Assembly: GCA_003558085.1 (NCBI GenBank)
Contig: PWMT01000073.1
Location: forward strand, 1-11,597
Reading direction: 5' to 3'
Length of the DNA stretch: 11,597 bases
Source of the DNA: Methanobacteriaceae archaeon
GTDB taxonomy: Archaea > Methanobacteriota > Methanobacteria > Methanobacteriales > Methanobacteriaceae
The notes under the pieces were generated by a model that was given only the letters and a program-made list of their open reading frames with translations, ran no database searches and was not told the origin of the DNA. The position numbers and the translations under genes are program-made. Position 1 is the first letter of the stretch, and every line of letters starts with the position of its first letter. This document shows, piece after piece, positions 9,343 to 11,597 of this stretch.

Positions 9343-9534
9343 CTATTCTTCTTCAACTTCCACAGCTTCTTGAGGACATACATCCATACATACCTCACAT
9401 AGGCTGCATTCTTCTTTATTTCGAATGACGACTTTATCTCCCTCTATGATGAGAACTTCCATAGGACAAACATCTACACATTCACCGCAATCAGCACCAT
9501 CACAATTATCATAATCGATTACTATTTTTGCCAT
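9343..9534 (-). CDS. 2[4Fe-4S] dicluster ferredoxin, 63 aa
   Basis: CDGADCGECVDVCP and CSLCEVCMDVCP motifs, highly acidic sequence, SD AAGGAG. Confidence 0.93.
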   Translation of the reverse strand: MAKIVIDYDNCDGADCGECVDVCPMEVLIIEGDKVVIRNKEECSLCEVCMDVCPQEAVEVEEE

Positions 9535-9604
9535 TATATCTCCTTATAAAATATTGAATTGGAATTTGAAAATACTTACTTCAAAAAATTATATTCACTA
9601 TTAA

Positions 9605-10849
9605 TTATAAGTGAGCCATTTGTGGATTTGGTATTTCTTCTTCAATACGAATTAATTCATTAAGTTTAGCGATCCTTTCCCCACCTAAAGCTCCAGTTTT
9701 AATTAAGGGAGCAGAAAATGCAACTGCAAGATGAGCAATAGTCTCATCAGTCGTTTCACCCGATCTATGGGAAACTACAGGCACGTATTGGTTATCTTTA
9801 GCCAATTCCAGAGTCTGATAGGTATCAGTAAGGGTACCGATTTGATTTGGTTTAATGATGATAGAATTACCTGCCTTTTGCTCTATTCCTTCTTTCAAGA
9901 TTTCTTTATTGGTTACAAATATATCATCACCGCAGATAAGACATTTATGCCCCATCTTCCTAGTTAACTCAGCAAGTCCCTGGAAATCGGTTTCGTGTAC
10001 AGGATCTTCCATATAGAACATTTTATAGGTTTCAATTAATTCTTTTACAAAATCTATCTGTTCTCCTGTATCCCGGGAAGTATCATCCTGAATGTAAATA
10101 TATTTTTCCTGTGAACTGTCCCAAAATTCACTGGCAGCCATATCAAGAGAAGGTCGGATTAGGATACCTAATTCATCTCCCATTTCTTCACAAGCCTTGG
10201 ATTGAATTTCCAAAGCATCAAAATTAGATAAGTTTGATGTCCATCCACCCTCATCACCCTTACCTCCGGTGAAGGTGGAATCCTTGCTTTGAATTAAAGA
10301 CTTGATTTTTTTATGCACCTGAGAATTAGCAAATACAGCTTCAGTAATATTGCTAGCACCAATAGGGACTACTAGAAATTCTTGAATATCAGGTGTATGT
10401 TTACCAGCATGCGCTCCTCCATTAATCATGTTTCCTAGAGGATATGGTATCTCAGTGCGCATATTGCCACCTAAAAATTTGTACAGGGGCATATTATAAG
10501 ATGCTGCTGCAGCCTTGGCCGTAGCCATAGAGACTGCTACAGTAGTATTACCTCCAATGGAGGCCAAGTTTTCAGTACCATCAATTTCTTTAAGAATGAG
10601 ATCAATGTCCTGTAATTCCTCTGCATCCATACCTATCAGTTCCGAGGATATAATATCATCCACTTCCCCAATAATCTTATCCACCCCACCTTCTGGGAAG
10701 GCTACAACTTCTCGGGATCCGGTACTAGCGCCACTAGGAGCAGCAGCTCTTCCAAATCCGTTCCAAGTTATAACATCCACTTCCAGTGTAGGGTTTCCTC
10801 TACTATCTATAATTTTCCGAACACGGACGTCTTCAATAACGGTATCCAC
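9605..10849 (-). CDS. eno: Enolase (phosphopyruvate hydratase)
   Basis: [51 protein letters not shown]. Start moved to the GTG at 10849, 5 nt after SD GAGGTG (10860-10855). Confidence 0.97.
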   Translation of the reverse strand: MDTVIEDVRVRKIIDSRGNPTLEVDVITWNGFGRAAAPSGASTGSREVVAFPEGGVDKIIGEVDDIISSELIGMDAEELQDIDLILKEIDGTENLASIGGNTTVAVSMATAKAAAASYNMPLYKFLGGNMRTEIPYPLGNMINGGAHAGKHTPDIQEFLVVPIGASNITEAVFANSQVHKKIKSLIQSKDSTFTGGKGDEGGWTSNLSNFDALEIQSKACEEMGDELGILIRPSLDMAASEFWDSSQEKYIYIQDDTSRDTGEQIDFVKELIETYKMFYMEDPVHETDFQGLAELTRKMGHKCLICGDDIFVTNKEILKEGIEQKAGNSIIIKPNQIGTLTDTYQTLELAKDNQYVPVVSHRSGETTDETIAHLAVAFSAPLIKTGALGGERIAKLNELIRIEEEIPNPQMAHL

Positions 10850-10881
10850 AAAAACACCTCTTTTAGGCAAAAAAATAATGG

Positions 10882-11055
10882 TTATTTTCTAATATTTAGA
10901 GGTATAACTTTCTTTTCAAGTTCTAATGTAGCTATATCAATCGGATCAAGAGATTCTGGAATATCTACTATAGGTTGTGCTCCCATAGAAAGTTGAAGGG
11001 CTCTTGCTCCTATAATTCTTGCTTTTTCAAATCTGGTTAACTTTTTTGATGCCAT
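10882..11055 (-). CDS. rpoK: DNA-directed RNA polymerase subunit K (Rpo6)
   Basis: Hand translation, 57 aa: [72 protein letters not shown] is the Rpb6/omega signature. SD AAGGTGA upstream. Confidence 0.97.
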   Translation of the reverse strand: MASKKLTRFEKARIIGARALQLSMGAQPIVDIPESLDPIDIATLELEKKVIPLNIRK

Positions 11056-11120
11056 AGCATCTCACCTTAAAGAATATTTTTTTTCACCACAGGGGTGATT
11101 ATTAAATTAGAGTAATGGGA

Positions 11121-11166
<46 letters not shown>

Positions 11167-11171
11167 CCCCG

Positions 11172-11254
11172 ATCCAGTTGAATAAATATATTTTATGAAT
11201 ACAGGGAAAATGGAATAATTCCCGTTTATGCATATTCTAGATACTTATTTCAAT
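11172..11254 (-). other. tRNA intron 1, non-canonical position 32/33, 83 nt
   Basis: BHB: central helix C27-C28-A29-G30 with intron CTGG; bulges C31-C32^A and A-T^C33; inner helix TTGAA/TTCAA; outer helix CCATCCTC/GGGGATGG. Confidence 0.88.
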
Positions 11255-11288
11255 GGCTGGGAGGATGGACCAAGCTACCCTACGGTCC

Positions 11289-11456
11289 CTACCATGTTTC
11301 TACATGCGAAATTAACATTCTTCTGCAACAATATCGATTTATTCCTAAACTATTTAAAACTTGCTGGGGATCCTCTCCCTCAGCAGTTCTTTTTTGGTAT
11401 TCATCGAAATAAGCAGATACTACTTTACCACAGCTAATGCATCTTATGGGAATCAT
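11289..11456 (-). CDS. rpoN: DNA-directed RNA polymerase subunit N (Rpo10)
   Basis: Hand translation, 55 aa: MIPIRCISCGKVVSAYFDEYQKRTAEGEDPQQVLNSLGINRYCCRRMLISHVETW. CxxC and RYCCRRM are the Zn motifs of the Rpb10 family. Stop TAG at 11291-11289. Confidence 0.97.
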   Translation of the reverse strand: MIPIRCISCGKVVSAYFDEYQKRTAEGEDPQQVLNSLGINRYCCRRMLISHVETW

Positions 11457-11506
11457 AATAAATCAGCAATTCATATTTTTTTTATAAGCTAAAATCCTTA
11501 ATAACC

Positions 11507-11597
11507 TTATCGATAACTTTTCTGTTTTCGGGATCTAGCCCCTTTTCCACCATACTTTTTAGCTTCGGAACGTCTAGGGTCTCCTACTAACATGGTC
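11507..11597 (-). CDS. rps9: 30S ribosomal protein S9 (uS9), C-terminal 29 codons (5' part outside the window)
   Basis: ...TMLVGDPRRSEAKKYGGKGARSRKQKSYR*. The QKSYR C-terminus is diagnostic of uS9. Confidence 0.96.
   Translation of the reverse strand, partial: TMLVGDPRRSEAKKYGGKGARSRKQKSYR

Noticed and set aside
9555-9597. Imperfect inverted repeat (TTTGAA...TTCAAA) and a T6 tract between eno and the ferredoxin gene
   Set aside because: It is short and almost all A/T, so it cannot be told from chance. At most it is a weak terminator.
10850-10870. N-terminal extension MPKRGVF of enolase
   Set aside because: It spans the SD GAGGTG. The GTG at 10849 gives a typical enolase N-terminus.
11167-11172. 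Reading the tRNA as Pro(CGG) with U33 (T-CGG-G)
   Set aside because: This register puts a C.C mismatch in the 37/38 BHB helix and breaks the 3-nt bulge of the 32/33 BHB. The GGG register gives two perfect BHBs.
11172-11254. Box C/D guide RNA or a nested third intron within intron 1
   Set aside because: No RTGATGA or CTGA box is present, and I saw no further bulge-helix-bulge by eye.

Overview
AT-rich archaeal core-genome region; gene order and protein types point to Methanobacteriales, probably Methanobacterium-like (inference). All genes are on the minus strand. In transcription order: rps9 (3' end), rpoN, tRNA-Pro(GGG), rpoK, eno, 2[4Fe-4S] ferredoxin, rps2, MEMO1/AmmeMemoRadiSam protein B, a 302-bp spacer, mvk, isopentenyl-phosphate kinase, fni (IDI-2), RNase J, idsA (GGPP synthase), gltX and dapL (5' part). 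rps9, rpoN, rpoK, dapL and the tRNA are missing from the supplied ORF track and were read by hand. I found no mobile element, CRISPR array or defence system, and I cannot support a new protein-based system here. The notable signals are at the RNA level. (1) The tRNA-Pro(GGG) gene is split by two introns (83 nt at 32/33, 16 nt at 37/38) around a 5-nt anticodon exon, and the two BHB motifs are mutually exclusive, implying ordered splicing. (2) G1 of this tRNA is the last base of the rpoN stop codon. (3) The spacer upstream of the lipid genes holds a duplicated quasi-palindromic motif and a 40-codon ORF. (4) Several intergenic hairpins occur, including one in the rps2 leader.
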